Shown here piece after piece: positions 49,809 through 63,352 of a stretch of 64,000 nucleotides of DNA. A model generated the notes under the pieces. It saw only the letters and a list, made by a program, of their open reading frames with translations, made no database searches and was not told where the DNA came from. Source of the stretch: Selaginella moellendorffii (Eukaryota; Plantae; Lycopodiophyta); contig NW_003314341.1 in assembly GCF_000143415.4 (NCBI RefSeq), positions 234,004 to 298,003 of the forward strand. The letters are read 5' to 3'. The stretch's first letter is position 1, and each line of letters opens with the position of its first letter. A program made the translations under genes and the position numbers.

Positions 49809-52170
49809 ATGGGGTCCAATTTCCTTCCCGAGGAGTCGTTCCAGAGCTGGAGCAGCTATGTCCACGCCCTGTCGGAAACGCGGCCTCGATTCATGGACAG
49901 GCTGCGAGCTCGCTCCAGCGATCAGGAAGAGCTGCTGGAAGTTAAGTCGCGGAGCAAGAACGAGATGATCAAGACGCTCAACTGGTGGGATCTCATGTGG
50001 TTTGGGATTGGAGCGGTGATTGGAGCTGGAGTGTTCGTGCTGACGGGACAGGAAGCTAAGGAGCACGCGGGGCCTGCGATCATTCTCTCGTACGCCGTTG
50101 CTGGACTCTCCGCCATGCTCTCCGTCTTTTGCTACACGGAATTCGCTGTGGAGATCCCTGTCGCTGGTACGCTTTCCTTTCCTTGATCTCAGTTGCTTCG
50201 CTCTTGAGTTTCTGTGAGTTGCTTGGTGATAGCGTTTGCTTGGTTGAGCTTCGTGGATGAAGTCTTGCCGGTGAGTAGAGAATCTCTTTTTGTTGCTTTG
50301 CTTGTTTGCTAGTGATCAAATCGACGGGTAATCACGAGACACTGTTTTTCCTGAATGTTGTTTGTCTACCTGGGTCTGTAACATCAATAACGGCTGAGCG
50401 ACTTTCCTTGATCTCAGTTGCTTCGCTCTTGAGTTTCTGTGAGTTGCTTGGCTTGATAGTGTTTGCTTGGTTGAGCTTCGTGGATGAAGTCTTGCCGGTG
50501 AGTAGAGAATCTCTTTTTGTTGCTTTGCTTGTTTGCTAGTGGTCGGTGAGAATTAAATCGACGGATAATCACGAGACAGTGTTGTTCCTGACTGTTGTTT
50601 GTCTACTTTGGTCTGTAACATCAATAACGGCTTCCTTGTGGACTTTCTCCATGAGCGACTTTTGTTTTTTCTTCGTTGGTTGATGACTTTCAATTCTCTG
50701 TTTTACTACCATTAAGCTTTAATATGTTTCTGGATGAAAGGTGGCTCATTTGCGTACTTGCGAGTGGAGCTGGGCGACTTCGCGGCTTTCATCGCGGCAG
50801 GAAACATCGTCCTCGAGTACATTATCGGCAACGCGGCCGTGGCTCGCTCCTGGACGGGATACTTCGCAGCTCTCCTCAACCACGACAGCTCCGACTTCCG
50901 GATCTACGCACCATCTCTGGCAAAGGACTACAACTATTTGGATCCAATCGCAGTGGTAGTCCTCTGTATCGCGGGAGCCATCGCCTGCTACAGCACTCGT
51001 CATGCCTCCACGCTCAACTGGATCGCCTCCGTCGTCAACATGCTCGTCATCGCCTTCATCATCGTCGCCGGACTCACGCAGGCCGACACTTCCAACTACA
51101 CCCCTTTCATGCCTGGCGGCGTCCGGGGCCTCTTCAGTGCTGCGTCCGTCCTCTTCTTCGCCTACCTCGGCTTCGACGCCGTCTCCACCATGGCCGAGGA
51201 GACGAAGAACCCCGGCCGGGACATACCACTCGGCCTCCTCGCCTCCATGACCATGGCCACGGTGATCTACTGCTTGATGGCGCTGACGCTCAGCCTCATG
51301 ACCCCAAACGCTCTCATCGACAAGGACGCTCCTTTCTCGGTGGCTTTCAAGCTCCACGGCATGAACTGGGCTCAGTATCTCGTCGCGCTGGGAGCTCTCA
51401 AGGGAATGACCACCGTTCTCCTCGTTGGTGCTGTCGGACAGGCCCGCTACTTGACTCACATTGCTCGGACACACATGATCCCGCCGTGGTTCGCCGTTGT
51501 CAACGGGAAAACTTCCACTCCAGTGAACGCCACCGCCGTCATGGTTGCTGCCAGTGCCATCGTCGCGTTCTTCTCCAGCCTCGGGATCCTGGCCAACCTC
51601 TTGTCCATCAGCACGCTGTTTATCTTCAGCATGGTGGCGATGGCTCTGCTTGTCCGGAGATACTACGTCGAGGGGGTGACGAGCACGCGTCATGCGCTCG
51701 AGTTTGTCGGCTTCATGGCGGTCATACTCGCTTCCTCGATTGCCATCGCGATTTACTGGGCCGTGAGCGACGGGTGGATCGGCTACGTTGTTGCTGTTCC
51801 GGTTTGGTTCCTGGCTACCGCAGGCCTGGCCGTGTTTGTGCCGACTTCCAGAAAGCCGAAGGTGTGGGGGGTGCCGCTGGTGCCTTGGCTGCCATCGCTG
51901 TCGATTGCTACCAACATTTTCCTGCTGGGATCCATCGACACGGCCTCGTTCGTGAGGTTTGCGGTGTGGACGGGGCTCATGCTCCTCTACTATGTCTTCT
52001 TCGGCCTCCACGCATCGTATGACGTCTCCAAGGAAAAAACGAAGAGGGATCCGAAGATGGAAGAGCCTGTCAAGCACGCAAGCAACGACGTCGAGGCAGC
52101 TGCCACTGATGAGCACAGCAAGGCCGTTTTGCTCGAGAATGGAACTGCAGAGCAACAGACAAACAACTAA
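49809..52170 (+). CDS. Cationic amino acid transporter (APC family, CAT1/5/8-like), intron 50167-50740
   Basis: LNWWDLMWFGIGAVIGAGVF, CYTEFAVEIPVAGGSF, GFDAVSTMAEETKNP, WGVPLVPWLP. Confidence 0.96.
50178..50631 (+). repeat. ~225-bp tandem duplication inside the CAT intron
   Basis: tttccttgatctcagttgcttcgctcttgag... starts at 50178 and 50403, with slight divergence. Confidence 0.9.
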
Positions 52171-52699
52171 CAAACATGCCTCGTGATAAAATAAAGTTGA
52201 AAGTGTGGTTGAAAGACATACAAGCTCGAAAGCGATTTTAATATTGAGTTCTAGAACTAGAACAGAAAAGATTCCCATGAACTGTATATTACATTAACTT
52301 CTCAAACGTGAATCTGATACTGTTTCTAAGGAAGGATTGCCAAAGATTGCTTTACTATCACTCGGTGCTTATATTCGCTAGAAACCGACAAAGAACCTGC
52401 CTAGTAACGATCGACACAGCATGAAACATGTTCAAGCTTGAAGCGCTATGATATGATCCATCGACTCACATTCTAAATCCAATGCTCGTTTCTAAGTCTT
52501 CTTCGCTTCGTATAACGTATCTGAAAGAGGAGAAGAAAGGAACCAGGAATCCAAGCCTTTGTAAAGCACGCAAGGAATGACGTCGAAATGAAGAGCAAAA
52601 CAAGGCAGTTTTGCTCCACAAGGGACCCAACGGACAAACAAACTAAAAACACTCCCTATTCTCTAGGAAAACAGATCACAACAACAATCTCGTTTTGAT

Positions 52700-53225
52700 T
52701 CACTTGTCGACCTGAGCTGTGCATGCAAACAATCCAATCCTCAAAAACTCTACTGCCTAAGCTGTAAAAAAAAAAAAAAACTTACCCAGCTTTCCGAGTC
52801 CATTGCAACGAGCACACACGATTTGGGTGTTATCCTTCCTTGCAGCGTTCGCGGTCAGCTTGGAACCAGTCTTCCTCACGAATCCCGCTCCATCGCACTC
52901 GGGACACCTGAAAAAAACTCAAGGGACATCAGTCAGCCATGGATGAATTGAAAAAACGAGAAAAACAGATCGTTACTCACAGATCCTTGCGGGAGAAGAA
53001 GATGGGAAATGCAGTTCCTATGACTGCAATCCCAATTGCCCCGGCGATCAAGTAGCTTGTGCTGTTCGATGAGAGCTCACCAACGGCACACACCACTTTG
53101 GGTCCTCGACGTCGGCCTCCGTTGCTACTTATCCCCACCACTGAACCTCTGCTGTAAGCGCCTACGCGACACGAGCTCGACGCAACAGTGCCGCTGGAGA
53201 TGGAGAGTGCTGCTGATGTCGCCAT
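52700..53225 (-). CDS. Small plastid DnaJ-type Zn-finger membrane protein (FtsH5-interacting protein FIP-like)
   Basis: Transit peptide, TM segment GTAFPIFFSRKD, CPECDGAG...CARCNGLG. Confidence 0.85.
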
Positions 53226-53435
53226 GAGAGGAGCTTCTGTCAGTTAGCAGCGAAAGAGCAGCCAGCCAAGCCTTATCCGACCATAGTATTTATAAGAGGC
53301 ACGTCTTGTGGATAAAAACTCACCTGTATAGTACTTTCTTAAAAGGCTTAAAACATTTCGTGTTGAGTAAATCGAAAACTCACAGCTTTAGCTCCATTTT
53401 GCTTGAATGGTTGCTCGGACGAGCAGTGAATAATG

Positions 53436-55520
53436 TTATGACTCCTCATCCACAGCGGCTTTCTCTTTACTTCGATCCGAAATACTTCTCAGCATTTCCA
53501 AAACCCTCGATGACAGCTGCAATAAGCGCCAACTCCGTGAGTTTCTTTTCTTGCTTATAAACGTTTCGATATAGAACATTACCTCGGAAACGTTGTGCTT
53601 TGTCTCCACTGACACCCACAGCGCTCCAGGTGGTCCACTAGTTTTGTACCGGACAATCTCATCCACTTCTTCGCCATCACGAAGAGCTGGCACTTCCAGG
53701 AGATCAGCCTTAGACACCACGTCGATCCAAGGCCGGCTTGGAAATCTTCCTCGAATTTCTTTATAGATATAAAACTGCAAGTTCATTGCGCAATCGTGTA
53801 AAGTACTGGCCATGAACTAAAATTTCCAGCTTTTACCTGGTCTTGCACGCTAGTACCACATTCTCCCGTAAGGTCGTGCACGTATAAAACAGCCGTTGGG
53901 AGATAAGCTAGTGCCGCTAAAGTCAACTTCTCCATGTCGTTTCGGTCCGCTGGTTATATACAATGCTGTTAGCAACAGAGCGAAGAGGAAAATGAAACGA
54001 CAAGTTTTATAGTCGCACCATCAATCCTGTTGAGCAGACCTGGAGTATCTGTAACCTGAACAAATCAGGTTGGTGACGCTTGGACTGTATAAAAAGCCGT
54101 TCTTACACCTACCTGGTAAGAAAAAGCATAATCCATTATATGACCCATGGAAATAGCTCTTGTTGTGAATGGATAGTTACAAACCTGCATGGTCGATACC
54201 CAGTTAGCGAAACATACTCAAAAACCGAAAAAGAAGTTCCAACCTCTGGCTTTCCCGTAGAGAGCACCCGCACCAAAGAGGATTTACCGACATTCGGAGC
54301 TCCGACTAGGCATAGAATTGGGTCGCGAGGATTGACAACCGGGAGCTTCCTGAGAGTCTGTAAACCTAGTAAATTCTCTGATCCCGCTATAAATGCAATC
54401 AAAGGTGTCAACCTTAGCTGTCTCTTTCAGATCCTCAAGGTACTGAACGTGCTCGTGGAACACAACAGTCATCTCGTGAAATCCCTGCACAAGTGGTGGT
54501 AAGACTTTTATCCAAGAGCAGAAAGAAAGAGCACCTCATCTTTTAGATCTGCAGCCTCCCTTCTGGTGCTTGACTGCATCAAATAGTTGGTTCACGAGAG
54601 TAAGCAAATGCCAGAGAGGCGACGTGAGCTCACCTTGGAGCACAGCGAGGCCATATTCTTCCCGCACAGAGTCAGCTTTTTCCTCAGAGTTAAAACGTTG
54701 CCAAGGATCTGCTTCAGTACAAGCATGAAACAACACACACTAGATGTGAAATCCAAGTGCGAGTGGACAGTACCTCTTCGTACTTGCCTTTTCCGAGTGT
54801 GAACTCTAAAAGCGACCTCTCATACGCATGTAGTTCATAGCTCCTGGGGAACTTTTTGAAGTAAGTCGTTAGAGGGACTGAGAGTTCCTGCGAAGAGAAC
54901 ACCGATAATTCTCGCACCCAACATAAACAAAGAATGGAGCTCACCTTCATCAACGCATCCAGCTGCCTTGCTCCGCGGTTTCGCTCCCTCTTGGCGATGT
55001 TTGAGATGACTGTGAGCTCGTCGTGAAGGAACACAGATGAAATGGGAAGAAGAAAAACAGATAAACTGCGAAAAACTCAATCACACCTTTGGACGGCGGA
55101 ACTCTTTTGGCAGCTTTCAATGCGGATGCCAAAATCTCTTCGGCAGGAACAACCATTGGAAGTTGCTGAAACGCTCCCACATCTGGCTGCTGACTTTGCA
55201 CCTAGAAGACAATCTAAGGCTTTCCTTCTTTTGAATTGTTGGAAAGAATTCACATACCGATGGATGCAATTCCTTAAACAATCGGAGCTCATCATCGGTG
55301 AGAGTCGGTCTGGGAACCGCAGGCTGGTGAACACCAGAAAGAAGATCACCTACATTTCAAGGAAACAATGAGAGAAACGAATCGAAAGTGCGTAAATGCT
55401 ACCTCCTCTTCCCCCTCCCTCTGGTGCTGCGCAAGAGCACGGCGGCAACGAATGAACGAACCGAGTGCCAATGCGATGCGGCAGTCGCCAGAGCTGCTGC
55501 TGCGGGAGCGCCAGCTTCAT
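53436..55520 (-). CDS. Organellar NOG1/Obg-like GTPase (PDE318-like)
   Basis: GAPNVGKSS, YPFTTR, DTPG, SKAD across exons; N-terminal transit-like peptide. Confidence 0.88.
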
Positions 55521-55952
55521 CCAATCCCTCCCCTCTCCAAAACCCTAAGAAGCCAAAAACAGAAAGGAATTTCGTTGAATCGCACCCTGTGATTGCGAAA
55601 TTCCTGTGAGATTGGGTCCAAAAGGTTGTTAGAATGGTGCAGTATTGAAAGAAACTTGGCATCTCTACTAGAAAAGGGAAAGGTGTGATACTGCATTGGG
55701 TCTGGTCTTGTTCTTTACCCTTGTGATTCTCCTTTTTTCCTTGCAAGAAATCTTTGTGTGCTCTTTTGGGATGGGACTGAAAAGTCCCCCGGGACTTACC
55801 AACAAGAGCAACTCAACAACAACAAATAAACACAAATCAAAGCACAAAAACAATGCTTTCTAGAACCTGGTTGTCCCTTCCCAAGTTTTATTACATTCTT
55901 ATTTCTTTGCTTTGTCGCTCTTGCTCACCATCCTTTGTGGGATTTATATAAG

Positions 55953-56415
55953 TCAAATCTTCTGATACTCCACAATGATGTTGCCGGCATTTGGATCGGC
56001 CATCTTCTGGAACAGCTCGTGAGGCAAATCAAAAGTCCCATTGCAACCCTCAGGGCAGTAATCCACAATCTTGATGGTGTAAGGACCAGGATTGTTGGTG
56101 CAACCATAGGGCCCCTGGTTGTTCTGCCGAACACATTTGATGGTGTACATGTCTCCACAGCCGCTGCCGCCCATGTAAATCGCAGCACTGCCTGCTGCAA
56201 ACATATGATCAGCTGGAAGGTTGTTATCCGCACAGGCATTTGCTGCAAAGCAAAAGAGAAAATTGGGGATCATGCATGGATGGAATCACAAAAATTATCA
56301 ACTTACGTGTGTATGGAGAGTCATAGTACGTTGCGGTTCCTTGCGCAGCCATTGCAACGTGAAGTATCATTCCAAGCACAAGCACAACAGGCAAAACTGC
56401 AGCTTTTAGCTCCAT
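55953..56415 (-). CDS. EG45-like / plant natriuretic peptide-like DPBB protein, copy 1
   Basis: Signal peptide, GTATYY..PY, CGDMYTIKC, IVDYCP.GCNGTFDL, F..MADPNAG. One intron. Confidence 0.88.
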
Positions 56416-56619
56416 TGATCGATCTATCTTCACTCCGCTCGAGTTTGCAAAAGCCCAAACTTTTGGCCTGAGGAACTCCACGTTCCCACGCAAGTTATAA
56501 TCTGGTTTGCACATACGGTCTTCATACGCTGTTGACATATGCGTTAAGGCCACGCTTGCGTTCAAAGTCCGGGCTAGTCAAGTCAGGTCAAGGTCGAGTC
56601 CAGGTCATCTAGGGGTTTA

Positions 56620-59600
56620 TATATGATGTGTACCTAGTCTACTTACAAGTAGTAATATTTAAATAGCTTTGACTTAGTTCTCAATGATAATCCATTATGT
56701 TAAGCTTGAGCTATGAATGTTTTAGTTAGGATTTTATCTATTCACCTCTACTAATTACTCACATATGGATCCAGAAACTGTCATAAATTTTGCTTATGGT
56801 GAAAGAACAAAACCATAATATCTTTTATATAAAATTTAGTGACACCTTTGTTGGTCCTAGATTAATGGTGTCTAACCACTCACTTCATGCTCATCTTCCT
56901 GATCATAGTTTTAGTCTTCATTAACACCTTCTCTTAAAAGCAATATGTTTAGAATATGGAAATTGCAATTGCATGCAATAACATTCAGGTGAAAAGAGCA
57001 ACAGTAGTGGATACTTTGAATACTTTTCCAATCATAATAGTTTCAATATTTAAATTTTGTAAGCATGAGGCAAAACTATCAATTTACAATGATTAAGGTT
57101 TTTGAGTTTCCTCCTAGCATCGCAAACTAGAGAGGATTCTACAACTTCTTTGAGGCATTGAATTCAATAAAAGAACTTCTTTGAAGCACAATAATAAATC
57201 TAACAAAGCACGAAATTGAGGATTTTATATGATACCTCCTCCTCCCATAGTTTGACAATCCTTCTAACAAGCCAACCCAAGTCTTCTTTTAATGTTGTGC
57301 TTTGGGGGGAGGGAGATTATTAAACACCCTACTGAAGAAAACAATAGTAAGGGACATATTATTGCTTGAGATGCAAGCGACAATAAGTTTATGGTCCTAA
57401 AAGGTGATTTTGGTTCTAGTTACTTTGAAAGTTATAATGATTACCCTTGAAGCTGCAATGGTATCATGGGCTACAAGTGTTTATAATCAGCATTTGTAAA
57501 ATATTTTAAATTTTTCACTGATGAATTAAGTTGAATTGGAAAGAGTCTTTTTCAAAAAGTCAAGCAATTATATATGTTATTTATTTATATTATCATAGAA
57601 AAAAAATGCCTAAATTATAGTACTTTAACAACCTAGATTCTAAAGCTTGGTGGATCTTGTGTTTGGTCCACCCCATCAACAAATACATTAGTGGGAAGAA
57701 AACATTTTATATCCATGTGGAGAAGTTGGGAAATCGAGCATACAATATACCTAGTGTCTCAACTTAGATCTAAATAGGCTCTCTTAATTAGAACTCAATG
57801 AATTAATCATGAAATATTAGAACTTGGATAACTCTTTGGGATTATTCAGATAAAATGCTTAATGTTTTACATTATAGGACATTAGTGTAAATTTTTAAGT
57901 TTAAACTTTTTAACTTTAATTATCCCAAAACTATTAATCGATTGGAAAAGAGGGTGCACTTTTGTTGACAAGCCTTTTCCCTTTATATTTATATTCTTAC
58001 AAATTATCTTTCATTGGTTGCTTACAATTGGGATAAAAAAATTGGGATATGATAAGATAAGATTAAAGGACAAGTTTTGTATAGTCTTCATTTCTATATG
58101 TAGTCTTTGTGGGTCAGTTATTATTCCAAGCCTTCAAATACAATACACAAGTATCCTAAGGGTGTATAATTGCAATAATGGAAATTGCAGCTGAAGAGGT
58201 TTCAGATAAAAATGACTGATAACTTAGTTAAAGAGGACTATATAAGATAAACTTCAAGGCATGCATACCATATGTTTGGAATGCACTTAACTAAGATGTA
58301 TCAAATCTAAAGTCGAAGGGTGATTAGCACAAGTCTATAGATTCCATATTAAAGAACTTAGCAATTACTAACTATAATACAGTGCTTGAGCCTAGACTTG
58401 CCAAACTTGGTGAAGATTATAAATAGGTTGTGGAGGTATGCATGGTTAGGGTGGTGTGGCATTATCTATTCATGGAGTCAAACACAATAGGAAATTTACT
58501 CTGAGAAGGCTTCCAACATGTAATATATATGGAAGTTCGATAAAAACTTTACAAGTATCTAGGTGGGTTTTCACTTATTAGCACAAATGCTTTGCTACAA
58601 ACCTTTCAAGTAAGGACAATCATTCATTAGTCTTTGATTGGGATTTTGGAGAGAATTTCTACAATTGAATTAAAGACATCATTTGATATAACTATTTTCT
58701 CCTACATACAATTGAGCAATTGGCTCCTTTTCTAAGTACAAACAGTTTATGTACTTGTAACACAAAGTGAAAATTAAATTTGCCAATCCTAGAATCGACT
58801 GAACAACCCCCCTAATAGCATTTATATATGGCCCAACTATATCTATTGTGGTGTCTTAGACTAAAGCTCTTCCAATCTCATATACATAGACTACTTTGTA
58901 ATGGAATGTATGAAGAATCTAGCAATCAACCACCTTAATAACTTTTATATGTGGTTCACCCACATCTATTATGGTGTTCTCCTAGACCAAAGCTCCTCCA
59001 ATTTTATATGTATAGACCACTTTATAACTCAGTATGAAGATTAGCACTAAAGGTGAATTGAAAATAGTTAATTTAATTATTTAAAGCCATTTTACATTTT
59101 GGTAAATAATGGATTGATTTATAATTGGTGTTCCCTCATTTGTCTTACCAAATTGCACCATGTGCAAACAAATTTATATAGCTAAAACATAGCCTTCTCA
59201 ATGCAAAAGTGGGAAAATTTATAATAGAGTATTCAATAATATGAAATAGATGTTTCAATTGTTGTACAGCTGTTTGATTCTTATATAAGTCCCTGCACAA
59301 AACAATAAAATAATGGCAATTTTTATAACATAAGCACATGCATTTCTTCTCAATGAACCATGCTATTATAGAGTTAATAATTGAAGGAAGTATATTAGTG
59401 TCTCCTTTAGCGAAAAGTTGCTAAATTGTGTTGTCCCAAAACACACTTTGTATTGTGCTTCTGAAAGGCTAAACTTAAAAAAGACACTCTCCCAATCTTG
59501 CCAATGAGGCATGGTTTAGGTAAGAAGCATGTGTTGAAAAAATATTTCATCTTTGGCCTAGTGGAACTTAAGGTGTCTAACAACAACATAAAACATCTTT

Positions 59601-62400
59601 TCATCACTTGTGCTCTTTATGTGAAAAGAACTGAAAAGTTTATGTTTTAGCCATTAAACTTGCAAATGAACTTTAGTGTCTCTCTATACTCTCAACTTAA
59701 GTGCAATAGTACCATCCTGTAAGATAACAACTTTCTTATGATGTAATATAGTGAAATTGGCACTATCTTGGGTGTTTAGGTAAATAGTGGCATTGAACAC
59801 CTTGGTGGTGTTAATCCATTATTGTTGATGCTCAGTAGTTTACATACAAACATTAATGCAATTTTTAATGGTAAGATTTCCAATTGACTTATTCTACTAC
59901 AAATAAGTTATATAAGAGTAAGTGGAGTGGAGTTGCTTCCCTCTAAAAAGGAGGGTTGAAGGCATACCATCATCTTCAAAGCTTCTACTATTGCTATCAT
60001 ATACTAACAATAATTGATTTGCACTCAAAAAACAGAAAATGAAGGTATAATTCATTTGTATTGATGCTTCTTACCAATTGCATGGCATAATACCACTATC
60101 TTTGATGACAAGGATCTCAATAGAGATCCTTGGTATTGTTTATCCCCACCATCATCTTGGTTTTCGACTTTAGTGATGTTTATGTTGTGTGGTGTCAAGA
60201 GAGTTTCCTTTGGTAGTGGAAGAATATTCTCTTCTTCATTTGTAAAGTCATCTTCCTTGATAATGCTATTATTCTCATTTTGGTTTGGTTCTTGCACAAC
60301 TAGCTTTAAGAGGAATATCTTTATCACTAAAGGGTCATTGTCTATAGTTAAGGGATTTGTAACAACTACAATTACAAGGACCATAACATATATTTGTGAT
60401 GAAGGAATTTAAAGAAAATAATGGCTTATGTTCCTAAACATCCTTCTCCTTAAACACTTGGGCTTGCTTTTAATAGTTTAACCAGTACTTGTCAATGAGA
60501 TGCTCTATAATATTGTATAAATAAATTACTGTCGCTCAATTGCCATTGGCCTTGTTTACTATGGCTCCCTTTGAGGAGGCCAATAGCAAGATGTAAGTCC
60601 AATTTAACTCAGAGGGGGGGATTGGGAGAGATTGGGAATCCGTAGATGGATGGCCAACACTCCGTTGCTCGTGCAATAAGTAGCTGAAACCAAGTAGGAC
60701 CAAGTAGAAGCTGGTACAATAGGTGGGAACCTTGGCAAGGGAATTTAGCAAAGGCTAAGGTGGTGTTAGTCGGATAGACAATGTAAACTAGCAAATTGGA
60801 AAAGAAAAATTTGTGGCTTACACAAGACTAAATAGAGCTAATGTCAAATTATGCAACCTTAGCATAAACTTGATTGCTATTGGACTACCTTAAACACTAA
60901 ATAAACACTCTTATAATGGTCATGGATGAAGGTTGATTCTTGAAGCTTGGAGCAATAGTAAAATCACATCTTGAACCATATCAAGGTAGAAAGAAATGTT
61001 AAAGTATAAACCACCCTATATGAGACACTTTTGGAAGGACTCATCAAGTTCCATCACATTCACCACTAGCTTTCTTTTGAAATGTAAATGCAAGTTTTAG
61101 GGATTGCAATCCACTTGGTAATAGAGGTTATGGTGAATGGCCAAAGGACCAAGGGTGTCAACAATGAGATGCCACCAATGATTTTGGACTAGTTGCCATA
61201 ACATCCATGACAACATGAATAAAGATTGTTGATTGTTATTAACATAGGTATGCATTGCTAACAACAAGTGGTGAATGAGTCTGATACAACAAAAAAGAAA
61301 ATCAGTCCCAAGAAAAAAAAAACAAGTTATAACCTTTGGGAGTGGCTGTAAAATGCTAATGGGGAATTATGAGCCTAGTGGTGTGGTAGTATTGTTAACT
61401 CACTTTGCACAAAAAAACACATGGAAAAAAAGTGGGTACCAATAAAAAACTCACTAAGTTAGGCTGCTTGTTGCTCTAGGAGGTAGATGGCCAAGTAGTA
61501 GCATTTGTATTAATAGATGAAGTTGTGATAGTTGATATGGTCAATGGAGTAGTGGTAGGTGTAGATGGGCTATTAGGAGTGGCACTAGATGGGCTTGTAT
61601 TAGCATAGTTGGTGTTGGTCTACAAACTAGACACCACTATAGGCCTAAGGCATCTAGATCATATGCTTAAGCTACTGTTTTCCAAAGAAGGAGGGGAGCA
61701 AGAAACATGCTAGAGATTCCACATTATATTGCAGCATATGCAACGTTAAGTAGTGCTTTGTTTACTCAAATGTAATTGAGAGCTATGGGTGGGATGGCAT
61801 TGGAGTTGAGGTCCCATTGTGGATCTTAACAAATTGAGCAGTTGGCTAGTGTCTTGTGGGACTATTAGCTATGCCGACTATAGAACATTGAGTGACTAAT
61901 TATGTGCTCGTGAGGTGTTTCCTACATAATGTCTACGGTTCAATCAAGTTAACATAACCAATCCTTTATGGTTTGCAGGCTCGAAACAAATTCCCTACTT
62001 GCCTAGGAGAAGCTACCCACCATTGCAACTATGGCACTTTTGCTTGGGTAGTGGTGGGAATGTGCACTATAAATCTTGTATGTGTGCCACTCATGCTCTT
62101 ACCTTTGATTAGATCACATGAATTAATGGGAATGAACGAACTATCAATAAAATCATATGTAATGTTTCCATGAAATGAAATTAAATGCATGTTTACCCTA
62201 AAAATCTAGAAAAGTCAATAATTTTTTAATGGTTTACTCCAAATATGGCCAAGCATAAATTTTCGAATACTAGTGTTGCTGCAAGCAAACTCTTTATGTA
62301 AAACTCTACACCTGTGATATTGACTCGCAAGTGACAAAAAAAAAAAACACTTAACTGAAGTAGATATTATACATCCAATGCAAAAAAAGGCTTGATTTTG
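56620..62400. mobile_element. AT-rich, CpG-poor degenerate TE-derived DNA, family not assignable
   Basis: Abrupt compositional shift, no intact ORF, diverged ~90-bp duplicate at ~58825/58950. Confidence 0.4.
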
Positions 62401-62889
62401 AATAGTGCCAAAAGCCTAAGAAGCCAAATACAGAAAGGGTTTAGGGTTTATCACAGTTTTTCTATTGGCAGGAAAGCAGGGGAGAGAAGGAATTTCATTG
62501 AATCGCACCTAGTGCCGAAATCACTGTGATTGCAAAATTCCTGTGAGATTGGGTCCAAAAGGTTGTTAGAATGGTGCAGTATTGAAAGAAACTTGGCATC
62601 TCTACTAGAAAAGGGAAAGGTGTGATACTGCATTGGGTCTGGTCTTGTTCTTTACCCTTGTGATTCTCCTTTTTTCCTTGCAAGAAATCTTTGTGTGCTC
62701 TTTTGGGATGGGACTGAAAAGTTCCCCGGGACTTACCAACAAGAGCAACTCAACAACAACAAATAAACACAAATCAAAGCACAAAAACAATGCTTTCTAG
62801 AACCTGGTTGTCCCTTCCCAAGTTTTATTACATTCTTATTTCTTTGCTTTGTCGCTCTTGCTCACCATCCTTTGTGGGATTTATATAAG

Positions 62890-63352
62890 TCAAATCTTCT
62901 GATACTCCACAATGATGTTGCCGGCATTTGGATCGGCCATCTTCTGGAACAGCTCGTGAGGCAAATCAAAAGTCCCATTGCAACCCTCAGGGCAGTAATC
63001 CACAATCTTGATGGTGTAAGGACCAGGATTGTTGGTGCAACCATAGGGCCCCTGGTTGTTCTGCCGAACACATTTGATGGTGTACATGTCTCCACAGCCG
63101 CTGCCGCCCATGTAAATCGCAGCACTGCCTGCTGCAAACATATGATCAGCTGGAAGGTTGTTATCCGCACAGGCATTTGCTGCAAAGCAAAAGAGAAAAT
63201 TGGGGATCATGCATGGATGGAATCACAAAAATTATCAACTTACGTGTGTATGGAGAGTCATAGTACGTTGCGGTTCCTTGCGCAGCCATTGCAACGTGAA
63301 GTATCATTCCAAGCACAAGCACAACAGGCAAAACTGCAGCTTTTAGCTCCAT
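62890..63352 (-). CDS. EG45-like / PNP-like protein, copy 2
   Basis: Identical translation to copy 1 at offset 6937. Confidence 0.88.

Noticed and set aside
50676-52278. Long alternative-frame and antisense ORFs (448 and 510 aa); similar shadows over FPP, PPR and MED32
   Set aside because: Shadows of GC3-rich real genes with no recognisable motifs.
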